A DNA stretch of 64,000 bases, taken from IMG/VR virus record IMGVR_UViG_3300045988_183585, positions 1 through 64,000 of that record. One strand, 5' to 3'. Origin of the DNA: a virus. Below are positions 45,316 to 54,697 of the stretch, piece by piece (the stretch's first letter is position 1; each line of letters begins with the position of its first letter). The notes under the pieces were generated by a model. It worked only from the letters and a program-made list of their open reading frames with translations. It was not told the origin of the DNA and did not search any database. The position numbers were made by a program, and so were the translations under genes.

Positions 45316-46497
45316 TCAGGCGTGAGTACCGCCCTTGGCCGCGTCACTGATAACCTTCCGTTCTGCCTCCGTGAGCAGCGCATCATCGTCGTTCTCACGA
45401 TGGCCGGCGTTCCAGCTCACACTGGTGGACTCAGTATGCAGGACATTTTCGATGAGGGTGACTGCATTGTCAGCGAAGTTCTCCAAATCTGCATTGGAGA
45501 ATGCGAACGGAACCAGCTTCTCAATGATGACATCGAAGGAACCATCATCATAGGTGAATGTGCCGGCGCCGCTGCCGAAGTTCGCTTTCAGCGCCGTGCG
45601 TACCTCAATCATATCGGCGGGACGGGGGAACGCGGCTCTCAGCCAAAAACGCATCTTGTCCTGTCCGGAAGCCTTGTCGTAGTAGACATAGCACTGGCAC
45701 TTATCGCCGCAGATATCCCGCACGCGGATGTCGGCATTTTCGTCAGAGGACGTGTTTTTGGAGGTGGAATCGGTGCTTTTCAGCTCCACGAATGTGGCAT
45801 CACTCTCCATGTGCTCACTCAGCCACTCGTCGATGTTATCGACCTCGCCGGAGGGAACCTCGACGATGTAGGCAGGACCCACATTGGGGTAGACCTTAAA
45901 GCGCATGGCATCCACATTCCGCCCACCAGCAGGAATCTGTACGGACGCCTGCTTACCGTCGATGGTGCCGAACTGTGCCTCGAACATACTGATATAGCTG
46001 CTGATGTGCTGGAACTGATAGCCGATTTCGGCGGTGTAGTTGGAGGTGAAGCAGTAAAGTGCGTGGCCGATACCCTGACGGGAAATCCACCACGAAATCT
46101 TCTTGTTCACCCCGTTACGCACCGGCGTGAAGTTGTAGAGTCCGTAGGCGAAAGGGATGCCAACATGGACAGCACCACTCTGCGTCTGACCCTTTACGGG
46201 CAGCTCGTCCCACGCATCGCTTGCGTTCACGAAACGTCCCACGAGGACGTCCGCGCTGCACGCTGCGATGAGATTTGCTTCGCAGGGTTCGATACCGACC
46301 AGCTTCGCATACACAGCCTCATCAGCGGCGTTCACCTCATGGAGACCGACAACAGCCGGTACGAATGTACCATCACCGTTGGTAGCTGCCATCATAACAG
46401 CAAAACCATCCTTGGTGATTTTGCCGTTGACGATAACTTCCTCACGGATAGCCTCCATGTTTTCGCCAGTGTGCTCGAAGATAACTTTGGTTTTCAC
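45316..46497 (-). CDS. hypothetical protein, first gene of unit D
   Basis: GTG start 8 nt after the cassette RBS AAAGGAGAAACAA. Confidence 0.6.
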   Translation of the reverse strand: MKTKVIFEHTGENMEAIREEVIVNGKITKDGFAVMMAATNGDGTFVPAVVGLHEVNAADEAVYAKLVGIEPCEANLIAACSADVLVGRFVNASDAWDELPVKGQTQSGAVHVGIPFAYGLYNFTPVRNGVNKKISWWISRQGIGHALYCFTSNYTAEIGYQFQHISSYISMFEAQFGTIDGKQASVQIPAGGRNVDAMRFKVYPNVGPAYIVEVPSGEVDNIDEWLSEHMESDATFVELKSTDSTSKNTSSDENADIRVRDICGDKCQCYVYYDKASGQDKMRFWLRAAFPRPADMIEVRTALKANFGSGAGTFTYDDGSFDVIIEKLVPFAFSNADLENFADNAVTLIENVLHTESTSVSWNAGHRENDDDALLTEAERKVISDAAKGGTHA

Positions 46498-46698
46498 TTG
46501 TTTCTCCTTTCTCCCTGCCTGTAATAAGGACTTACGGGAACTCAAAATGTATGAAAATATATAAAAAAGACAGCTACCCCAAGATTGGGATAACTGTCTG
46601 AATTTACGTATGGTGACTTGGAAAACGGAGATAATCTCCTTTATAAAAATAGCTTCGTAATTATAATTCTATACTACCACAGTTTGATATTTTGTCAA
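46498..46698 (-). promoter_or_regulatory. reiterated promoter-leader cassette, copy D
   Basis: Near-identical to copies B and H. Confidence 0.6.
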
Positions 46699-46716
46699 TC
46701 GTTTTAGTCGAAAAGA

Positions 46717-46742
46717 AAAGCGCCCCGTCAGGGACGCTTTTC
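46717..46742 (-). terminator. intrinsic terminator ending unit F
   Basis: aaagcgcccc gtca gggacgcttt. Confidence 0.55.
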
Positions 46743-46767
46743 GCAGTAGATGATTCTCCTTTCACAA

Positions 46768-48789
46768 TTAACGCGCTTCAAGCAGCTTCTCAATGTCAAA
46801 ATCCTTGATGATGTACTCATCAGGATTTGCGACGACTGCATCGTACTCCTCACGGCTTTGGAAGCTGTCAATGACTTTCTTTTCAGCGTTACTCAAAGCA
46901 TCATACGGCTTGGTGCCGTAGTCAGCAGGCAACCAGCCGCGATTCATTCCGACGAAGATATTGAGCCGGTCGATGAGCAGCTTGGCGGAGTCCTTGAACT
47001 TCAGCTTCAGAATGCCCTTCTTATAGAAGGAACCAGTAAAGAACGTGAATGCGATGCTCTTACCGACGCTTTTTCCGCTCGTGACATTATCGTTGACAGC
47101 AGTCATCGGGTCAATAGAGTTAGGTGTATTCTTGCCACCGTTGAGAAGATACAGAGCGCGTTCCATATCATTCACCACATATGCGGCTTTATCCTGATTG
47201 AAGTCGTCTCTATAGCGGTCGAAGACGTAGGAATACATAGAGAGCTTCGGGAATGCCAAACGGAACCCAGCGGTCTGTTTCTTGTCGAAAGAGCAATATT
47301 TCTGGGTGTTCTCACTTGATAGCGTGTCCGCATCGTAATCGTACACATCATACCGTTGCCTACTTCCCATGCTCCCCAGCCTATCGAACAGGTTCAGCAG
47401 GGAAGTGGTGCAACCTCTACGCAGCTCCCGCCGAATATCCTCCATTACAGTCCTCACAGTGTAGTCGTTGAGGTCGTAATCCTTCAATTCAGCACGACGA
47501 CGCTTGTAGTCTTCTTCCATGTTGGCAGGCATCAGACCGATGTTCGCGGCTTTGTGGATGAAAGTGTCCCAGTAACTTGCGCGGATACTTTCCAAGCACG
47601 CCATTCGAAGTTCAACGCCGGAATCCCTCCAAGGATGGTCGTCCACGGCCAGTTTGACATAGGGCTGGTCGTAACGCTCAGAGCCGCTCATTATAAAGGG
47701 CTTAACCTCTTCGTAGGAGCCAATGAAGGAGTTGCAAATACGAGCCTTGAGCTCAAACTCCTCAATGATGTCCTGCGGAAACTTCTTCCGCCAATCGGGA
47801 AGGAACGGCTTCTGTACCTCGTAGTCGCGCAAAGTCGTAAGATTCTCACTCAACACATCCGCCTCATTTCTGCTGTTTGCGTTCGACGGCTTGACATTGA
47901 CATGGATGATGACCCACTCAGGGGCCGTCCGTCTCGTTCTGTCACGCTTGAACTCCTTTTCCACATAGAACATAGAGGCATTGATTCTCTTCGTTTCCAG
48001 CATATAAGACAGCGAAGTGTCTGCAGCCAGTGTGGAGTAGGGAAGGATGGCGAGAAGCTGACCACCGCATTTCCGCAGCATGGTCAAAGATTTGCCAATC
48101 CATCGCGCAGCGAAAGCAGGGGAGACCGCCGATGTGTGGGCGAACATGATGAGGGGATAGGGTTTCAGTGTGTTGAACTTTGCAAAGTCGTCGTAGACGA
48201 CACGGATGCCTTCTTCCTTCAGCGTTTCCGCCACACAAACATCTTCTACCACGGTATCCAAATACTTTTCACCGTAATATGCGCTTTCGTGCTGCCAGAC
48301 CTTGTTCTTGTTTCTGTACCAGCCGGCAAAGCGGCGGAAGCACTCGTGAAGCTGCAGCTCACTCATGTCCCCGCAAATGGGGTTCAGAATGTCGCCATCG
48401 CGCACGGCAGACCAGTCCACCATGCGGAGTGCCTTACCGCAGACGTAAGGGGTGAGAGTTTCAGGTGCGGTGGCGTACCGCTGCCTGACCTTGGGCGCGG
48501 ACTTCTCGTAAGTGCCCACGCCGTCGCGTTCGAACCAAGCTCTGAACTTCTCCTTCGCTCCTGCGATGGTAGAAGATTGGCTGCCATAGATGTACTCGCC
48601 GCGAGTCCAATAATCAGTGCCGCAATGGGCGAACCGATATGCCATATAGTTCTTGGTGTCATCGCGGAAGTTATCTTTGTTCTCAAGGATGTACCCCACA
48701 TTCATACCCTTGTAGTAGATGTCCGTTACGGTATCTTTGTATCCGGAATTCTTTCCGGGGGCTAAAAAGGACAGATGAATTCTACTCAT
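46768..48789 (-). CDS. large hypothetical protein (possible degenerate SAM-MTase motif I, DILNPICGDMSEL)
   Basis: 674 aa. Start at MSRIHLS, directly after a partial cassette RBS. No NPPY-type motif was found, so the MTase assignment is weak. Confidence 0.55.
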   Translation of the reverse strand: MSRIHLSFLAPGKNSGYKDTVTDIYYKGMNVGYILENKDNFRDDTKNYMAYRFAHCGTDYWTRGEYIYGSQSSTIAGAKEKFRAWFERDGVGTYEKSAPKVRQRYATAPETLTPYVCGKALRMVDWSAVRDGDILNPICGDMSELQLHECFRRFAGWYRNKNKVWQHESAYYGEKYLDTVVEDVCVAETLKEEGIRVVYDDFAKFNTLKPYPLIMFAHTSAVSPAFAARWIGKSLTMLRKCGGQLLAILPYSTLAADTSLSYMLETKRINASMFYVEKEFKRDRTRRTAPEWVIIHVNVKPSNANSRNEADVLSENLTTLRDYEVQKPFLPDWRKKFPQDIIEEFELKARICNSFIGSYEEVKPFIMSGSERYDQPYVKLAVDDHPWRDSGVELRMACLESIRASYWDTFIHKAANIGLMPANMEEDYKRRRAELKDYDLNDYTVRTVMEDIRRELRRGCTTSLLNLFDRLGSMGSRQRYDVYDYDADTLSSENTQKYCSFDKKQTAGFRLAFPKLSMYSYVFDRYRDDFNQDKAAYVVNDMERALYLLNGGKNTPNSIDPMTAVNDNVTSGKSVGKSIAFTFFTGSFYKKGILKLKFKDSAKLLIDRLNIFVGMNRGWLPADYGTKPYDALSNAEKKVIDSFQSREEYDAVVANPDEYIIKDFDIEKLLEAR

Positions 48790-48835
48790 TATTTTCTCCT
48801 TTCTCCCAGCCTTTAAGGTCTTATGGGAACAAAAT
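48790..48835 (-). promoter_or_regulatory. partial cassette copy E (RBS-proximal segment only, no promoter or hairpins)
   Basis: CCCATAAGACCTTAAAGGCTGGGAGAAAGGAGAAA on the minus strand, within an operon. Confidence 0.4.
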
Positions 48836-48855
48836 GGTGACATTGAAAGTTACCT

Positions 48856-49899
48856 TTAATGCCGTTTTCGGTCTTCCACAATCGCAGAAAGTGTCTCATC
48901 AATCGGTAGCTGAATCACTTTCCCTGACAGCGGTCCGTCTTCGTCCACGCAGCGAACCACAATAGGATAGGTGCGTGCGTTGGGCTGGATGCCGATGATA
49001 ATATAATCATGGTCAACCACAGAAAAAAATTCCCGGTACGCAATGTCGATACCTCTCCATGTAAGCCAGTGTTGGATGTGTGACTTATTTCTGTAAAAAG
49101 CAGCCTCCTCGTCTCGTTCCTTTTCCAGAGCCAGCGCATCCTTGTCTTCATACTCTTGCTCATAGAGGATTTCGGACATCTTCTCACGGAGAATACGAAC
49201 TTCCTTGTGGTCAGACCCGTTTCCGATGCGCCGCCCGACGACATATTTCTCCGGGCGGTATTTATCGGCGGCGGCAAGTTCGTATTCGTACCGTCCCATT
49301 TTGAACACGATACCGAAATCACTCGGCTTCAACTTGCGCTTAGTTGGAACATTCTGCTGTAGGTCAGCGAGGCAAGCACAGAAGGCATCCCATTCGAATT
49401 TCTCGGTGGGAATACTTTCGTCATCGTAGTGGGATGTACGGTAAAACCGACACTCGAACTCATCTGCCAGCCCCACCGTCTTGCCAGCAAATCCTCTCGC
49501 TTGGGGGAGTTGCCTTTCAGTAACACGGACCGTGTCTCTCGACAAAACGACAGACCTCGTACCAAACTGTGATGCAACGTGCTGAATACATGGGAGCACA
49601 TCACGGAGAATAAGCTCGCGGCACACCTGTGAGCAGTAGGATTTATCCACTACAACACGGATTAAGACGACAACAGCGTTGTTGCCGACCTTCTTAATGC
49701 GGGCACTGTCTTGACGCTTAACATTGAAGCGACCTGTGCCGAAGGGGTCTTTACAACAGTATTCCTTGTCCTTCAGCGCTTCCTCCACGGAGTCCAGCAG
49801 CATATCACGAATCTGTTTGTCCATACCTTTTTCAAAAGGGATGGTCAGGTTGTCGTCGCTCCAGTTTCCGGACTTGTTGATGAGGGTTTGTGTATCCAT
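48856..49899 (-). CDS. P-family paralog 6 (uncharacterised; YCCKDPFG / IPTEKFEWDAFC / YREFF motifs)
   Basis: See the paralog-array finding. Confidence 0.65.
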   Translation of the reverse strand: MDTQTLINKSGNWSDDNLTIPFEKGMDKQIRDMLLDSVEEALKDKEYCCKDPFGTGRFNVKRQDSARIKKVGNNAVVVLIRVVVDKSYCSQVCRELILRDVLPCIQHVASQFGTRSVVLSRDTVRVTERQLPQARGFAGKTVGLADEFECRFYRTSHYDDESIPTEKFEWDAFCACLADLQQNVPTKRKLKPSDFGIVFKMGRYEYELAAADKYRPEKYVVGRRIGNGSDHKEVRILREKMSEILYEQEYEDKDALALEKERDEEAAFYRNKSHIQHWLTWRGIDIAYREFFSVVDHDYIIIGIQPNARTYPIVVRCVDEDGPLSGKVIQLPIDETLSAIVEDRKRH

Positions 49900-50016
49900 G
49901 TTTTTTTCTCCTTTCTTCTTTTTTACGGAAGTTCAGTCGGCGATGAACGCTGCTCTGTCCAAACCGCACAGGGCAGGGCGGGGGGAGAGGCAAAGCCTCC
50001 CCCGCTGCTTGATACT

Positions 50017-51135
50017 TCAGCCCGTTTCCCGCGCCTGTGCAACGTAGTCCAGAAGCTCCCAGCCAAAGGGAAAGACGTGCCCGCAATCGGGGCTTCCATC
50101 CTCAATACAAACAGCAGAAAATTTCCGCGTTCGTCCGTTGGGATAAATGGCCGTAAGCATAAAGCTCTTTCCGCTGACATCGAAAATCTCTTTGTACGAG
50201 AGGGTTTTAATGCCTGCAGCGGCCAGTTCATTGTCAACGAGAGGTACATTCTTGAGGAATGCCTCCTCCTCATCTTTCGCTGTTTCCACGGCGATGGTTT
50301 CTTCGTCCTTTCCTTCCTGCTCAAAGAGGGCCTTTTCTACATCCACCCGAAACAGGCTTTCCTCCTCGCCGGCTTTTTCGCCGGTCTCGCGTCTCACCAA
50401 AACGCGGGTGAATGGAGTTTCAGCGTCTACGCCAATAATGCGGACTGTTGCGTCGTTTCCCGTGCCCAGTGGGTACTGGAACGCCTTACCGAAATCCTCT
50501 GCGAGAAGGTCTCGCTTTGGCTTCTCGCCCTGCTTGCGGGCGGCGGCACAAAGTTCATCCTGCCGCTGCAAACGCACACAACGGCAGTACGAATCCCAGA
50601 TGATTTTATCGTTGGGAACCATACTGCTGTTCGCATAGACCGAGTGGAAGAACCTCACAGAGAACCAGTATGGTTGAGGTTCACTTTGGTTTCCGCTTTG
50701 AGCCGAGATGCCAAAGATTCTTCCGTCTGACGTACGAATACTGTTCGGCTTCACTGTGTAGCGAGCAGACCAGCGAGACGCAACACTCGACACGACCGGT
50801 TCAAATTCGGACATGATATAGTCTCGAAAAAGACCGCTCAGGCGCAGGACTTGCCCTCGTTTCTCGTTCAGCAGCAGGCCCACCACAAACTCTGTAAAGT
50901 ACGGACTTGCGGCTTCGTTAGGAACCAGCTTGCAAAAACGTGAAGGAGGTGTACCACAGCGCCTTACGCCGAAAGGGTCTCCATCACAAAAATAGTCGTC
51001 AGAGAACTTCTTTGTAATGGAATCAATGAGGTCGTCGTGCAAATTTTCTGCTACGGAATCGTGGGCACAGTAAGTGTCGTTTTTCAGAAAAGGACTCTGC
51101 ATTACTGTATCCAGCTTTTGACTGAATGCGCTCAT
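50017..51135 (-). CDS. P-family paralog 5
   Basis: Start at MSAFSQKL after the cassette RBS. YFCDGDPFG, VPNDKIIWDSYC, EEAFLKN, YKEIF, FGWELL. Confidence 0.65.
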   Translation of the reverse strand: MSAFSQKLDTVMQSPFLKNDTYCAHDSVAENLHDDLIDSITKKFSDDYFCDGDPFGVRRCGTPPSRFCKLVPNEAASPYFTEFVVGLLLNEKRGQVLRLSGLFRDYIMSEFEPVVSSVASRWSARYTVKPNSIRTSDGRIFGISAQSGNQSEPQPYWFSVRFFHSVYANSSMVPNDKIIWDSYCRCVRLQRQDELCAAARKQGEKPKRDLLAEDFGKAFQYPLGTGNDATVRIIGVDAETPFTRVLVRRETGEKAGEEESLFRVDVEKALFEQEGKDEETIAVETAKDEEEAFLKNVPLVDNELAAAGIKTLSYKEIFDVSGKSFMLTAIYPNGRTRKFSAVCIEDGSPDCGHVFPFGWELLDYVAQARETG

Positions 51136-51340
51136 ATAACAAAATCGTCTCCTTTCCCCCTGCCTCAGATAAGGACTTATGGGAACATAAAATATATAAA
51201 AAATATAAAAAAAGACAGCCACCCAAGATTGGGGTAACTGTCTGAATTTACGTATGGTGACTTGAAACGGAGATACTCTCCTTTATAATAATAGCTTCGT
51301 AATTATAATTCTATACTACCACAGTTTGATATTTTGTCAA
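51136..51340 (-). promoter_or_regulatory. reiterated promoter-leader cassette, copy F
   Basis: Slightly diverged copy. The palindrome is GGAGAtACTCTCC. Confidence 0.55.
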
Positions 51341-51366
51341 TGATTTCAGGCAAAAGAAAAGCGCCC

Positions 51367-51390
51367 GTAGGGGCGCTTTTCGGTCGTAAG
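51367..51390 (-). terminator. intrinsic terminator ending unit G
   Basis: aaagcgccc gtag gggcgcttt. Confidence 0.6.
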
Positions 51391-51400
51391 GTCTCTCCTT

Positions 51401-52489
51401 TCAGGCGGGAAATCTGTGTGCGCTGATAATGCGGAGCAGCTCCCAGCCAAAGGTCTTTTTGTGAGCCTTTTCCTTCCCCTCATCATCGTCAAGACAAATG
51501 GCCGTGAAGACGTGCTTTCGTGCCTTGGGGTGGATGGCGGTGATGACATAGCTGCAGCCGCAGAAGTCGAACATCTCACGGTAGACGATGTCGATGCCTT
51601 CCTCGTCGAGTCGGCGTTGTATGACCTGCTTGTTCTTGTAGAACATAGCCTCCTCTTCCTTGCCTGACTCAATATGCTGGTCAGCAGCCATGCTGTCCTC
51701 AATATCACGCAGAATCTCTTCCACGCGGTTGAAAGGCCATTCAACGGTCTTGCCGGGTTCCTTGCCGTCCATCTGGCGGAGGGATACTCCGATGGGGAGG
51801 CTATTTTTGTCGATGCCCTCGATACAGTAGGTCGTTTCAATATAAGAGAACAACCTGCCGTAATCGGAATACTTCAGTTTATAGACCGGCTGCATGATAG
51901 CTTTATCCGCTTTGTGAAGCCTGAAGTGTTCCTCCCTCTGCCGGCAGAAGGCATCCCAGATGATTTTGGAATCAGGAATATCCTTGTCGGCATAGTAGGA
52001 TGTCCGATAGAAGGCAAAGGAAAACTTTGCAACATAGGTTTTCTCGACTCGCGGCAAAGAATCAGGCTTTTCATTTGAGTAGACGCTCTTCGACATACTG
52101 GCCCAGTCCGGCTGAATACGTGGTACAGTACCCAGCACCTGTTTCGGTGCAAATACACGAGCACTGTGCTTCGCCGCAGCCTGCTTCGCAGCAGCCATGA
52201 CATCATTATACATATCCGTCCAACAGAGCTTCATCCCACGCTTATTATCTGCGAAGAGCATATTGTTGAGGCAGATTGCAAGCGATACATGGGTGATGGT
52301 TGCGGCTCCGCCGGATACGTAGCAAATGTTGATGCGGCGGTTGCCACAGCGAGCCTCGCCAAAGGGGTCCTTGCAACAGTAATCCTTGTCCTTCAGCGCT
52401 TCATAGACGTAGTTGCATAGTGTCGTACAGAGGGATGAACCCTCTGTGCGTCCTATGTCGGCTGCGGTGTCAATGGTTTTCAAATCCAT
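51401..52489 (-). CDS. P-family paralog 4
   Basis: YCCKDPFG, IPDSKIIWDAFC, EEAMFYKNK, YREMF, FGWELL. Confidence 0.65.
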   Translation of the reverse strand: MDLKTIDTAADIGRTEGSSLCTTLCNYVYEALKDKDYCCKDPFGEARCGNRRINICYVSGGAATITHVSLAICLNNMLFADNKRGMKLCWTDMYNDVMAAAKQAAAKHSARVFAPKQVLGTVPRIQPDWASMSKSVYSNEKPDSLPRVEKTYVAKFSFAFYRTSYYADKDIPDSKIIWDAFCRQREEHFRLHKADKAIMQPVYKLKYSDYGRLFSYIETTYCIEGIDKNSLPIGVSLRQMDGKEPGKTVEWPFNRVEEILRDIEDSMAADQHIESGKEEEAMFYKNKQVIQRRLDEEGIDIVYREMFDFCGCSYVITAIHPKARKHVFTAICLDDDEGKEKAHKKTFGWELLRIISAHRFPA

Positions 52490-52510
52490 AGCTTTCTCCT
52501 TTCTTTGTTT

Positions 52511-53548
52511 TTAAGCTCCCCGACCGCTGCGGTCGGCGATGATTCTGTCGATGACCTCTTTATACATGAACATGACCTTATCACCGACAGCTTTGCCTTC
52601 CTCGTCCTCAACACAAATAGCGGTGAAGACATAGAGACTTTGTGCATTCGGCGTGATAGCGGTCAAGGCGTAGGTACGCTTGGCGTACTGGAACATTTCA
52701 CGATACATGAGGTCTACACCGTCACGGGCGAGGGCAGCTTTAATGCAGTCCTTGCCTTCGTAAAAATCAGCTTCCTCGTCCTTCGCAGCTTTCAGCTTTC
52801 GTGCGGGTATGTCGGCATCATCATCAAAAAGAGGCCTCCGAAGATTTGTCAACGGAACCACGATGATGCCTTCGTCTCCTGTACTTCCCGCAGGCTGCAG
52901 TCGCACGTCCAAATAACTGAACTCGTCCGCAAAGCCAACAATACGATACATGGCACCCTCATAGAGAAACTCACGCTCATAATCGGTTGCTTTTAGCGGA
53001 TAGAAAGGCATATGAGGAGGGCCGCTGGTGCGTCCTTTTTCATCTTCAATATCCTCTTGCAATCGCAGGCATCGGGCATCCCAGACGATTTTCTCATCAG
53101 GTACGTTGGGGTTGTTGTGGTACGGCGTCCGGATGAACTCGATACCGAACACCGCAAACCTGAATCTCCGTCCAGCGCCATTGCGCTTTGTTCCGAACGA
53201 CGGCTTTTGTACGAAAATTCGCGCCTTATACGTCTCCGCCACATACCACAAAGCCGCCTTAATATCATCGCGCATCTCACCAACACATGACTCAACGTAC
53301 TTGTGATTGTCTGCGTCTACGATGAGGTTGAGTGTGACTTCTGTGATATTAGCTTTTTCGTACGATACCTTGCACGGGTGGGGAAGGTCGGGGTCATTTC
53401 CGTAGCGTTCTTTTCCGAAGGGGTCTTTACAGCAATAGGCCTGTCCCTTCACATTGAACTCAACAACCTGTTTGATGAACTCACAGAGCCCATTCTTGCT
53501 GGTGATTGTTCCCGCACCAACGGTGGTGTCAAGTGTGTGCAGGTTCAT
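52511..53548 (-). CDS. P-family paralog 3
   Basis: YCCKDPFGKERYG, VPDEKIVWDARC, EEADFYEGK, YREMF. Confidence 0.65.
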   Translation of the reverse strand: MNLHTLDTTVGAGTITSKNGLCEFIKQVVEFNVKGQAYCCKDPFGKERYGNDPDLPHPCKVSYEKANITEVTLNLIVDADNHKYVESCVGEMRDDIKAALWYVAETYKARIFVQKPSFGTKRNGAGRRFRFAVFGIEFIRTPYHNNPNVPDEKIVWDARCLRLQEDIEDEKGRTSGPPHMPFYPLKATDYEREFLYEGAMYRIVGFADEFSYLDVRLQPAGSTGDEGIIVVPLTNLRRPLFDDDADIPARKLKAAKDEEADFYEGKDCIKAALARDGVDLMYREMFQYAKRTYALTAITPNAQSLYVFTAICVEDEEGKAVGDKVMFMYKEVIDRIIADRSGRGA

Positions 53549-53565
53549 AGCTTTTCTCCTTTCTT

Positions 53566-54585
53566 TCAGCGTTTTCCTCCATCGCGTTCGGCACGAATCG
53601 CCTCAATGACATCTCCAAACGAGAAGAACAGGACATCATCAAAGGTTTCACCGGATTCATCCACACGGACAGCACCGAAGATATCCTTTACTTTGGTGGG
53701 TATGATGCCGACCAGTGCGTAGGTCAAGCCATCAAGCTCAAACATCTCACGATACATCACGTCCACGCCAACACGGTCCAGTAGAGCTTGGATGTGCTTC
53801 TTATTTTCATAAAAAGCAGTTTCCGTCTCCCTTGAAACACTGACATTCTGCATTTCTGCAAGGTACAGGGCGTGTTCAACGAGGGACAAAGATACCTCCA
53901 TGGTATCGCCTTTATCTTGACCGTCTACACCTTGCACGAGTACCTCGTCCATGCTGTTTTCACCCATTCCGATGATACGATACAGGGAGCCTCCGAGAAG
54001 GAACACTCGCCCGAAATCGGAATTTTGAATGGTGTAATCAGTTTTCTGGCCGGCAGCAAATCGCGTATCCCGAATCTTACCGCAGCGTTTACACCAAATG
54101 TCTCTGTTGGCATCCCAGATGATTTTCTCATCAGGAATGCCGGTATCCTTGGCGTAGGGCGTTGATATGATGTAGACGTATAATGCGGCTGATTGGAATA
54201 AGGCGCCTGAACGAGCACCCATTGCCGCAGAGCAAAACGGCTGCTTCTTGATGATAGCTCGTGCCGAGTGCTTGCTTGCAATAGGTTTTATTGCAGCGCT
54301 TACGTCCCTCAGAATGGCCGCAGCCACGTCACGAGGCAGCGGGTTTATTCCGTAGCCGCCATCCAACGCAATGTTGATGACCAACTTTAAGATGTTGTAC
54401 TCCTTACCGAAGACATAACACATATCCCCAGCATCAGCACCGTAGCGCCTTTTACCGAACGGGTCTTGTCCACAATAGGTCTTGTTCCGAAGAGTGTATT
54501 CAAGCCCTGTGCGAATGTCTGTCAACAGCAAATCGGAGTCGATTTGTTCAGCACCGTATGCGGTGTCCAGAGCATCTAAATCCAT
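53566..54585 (-). CDS. P-family paralog 2
   Basis: YCGQDPFGKRRYG, IPDEKIIWDA, ETAFYENK, YREMF. Confidence 0.65.
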   Translation of the reverse strand: MDLDALDTAYGAEQIDSDLLLTDIRTGLEYTLRNKTYCGQDPFGKRRYGADAGDMCYVFGKEYNILKLVINIALDGGYGINPLPRDVAAAILRDVSAAIKPIASKHSARAIIKKQPFCSAAMGARSGALFQSAALYVYIISTPYAKDTGIPDEKIIWDANRDIWCKRCGKIRDTRFAAGQKTDYTIQNSDFGRVFLLGGSLYRIIGMGENSMDEVLVQGVDGQDKGDTMEVSLSLVEHALYLAEMQNVSVSRETETAFYENKKHIQALLDRVGVDVMYREMFELDGLTYALVGIIPTKVKDIFGAVRVDESGETFDDVLFFSFGDVIEAIRAERDGGKR

Positions 54586-54697
54586 AGCTTTCTCCTTTCT
54601 TTTTTGCTTTCAGCAGGTCAGGCAGCGACACACACTGCTGCACCGCCGTCCGAACCGCGCAGGACAGGGGAGAGGCAGTACCCCTCCCGTGCCTGAG

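Noticed and set aside
45316-46497. Phage major capsid or terminase assignment for the large island proteins
   Set aside because: No Walker-A terminase motif and no recognisable HK97-like signature. There is no support from the sequence alone.
46768-48789. DNA methyltransferase call
   Set aside because: Only a motif-I-like DILNPICGDMSEL is present. No (D/N)PP(Y/F/W) catalytic motif was found. Left as hypothetical.
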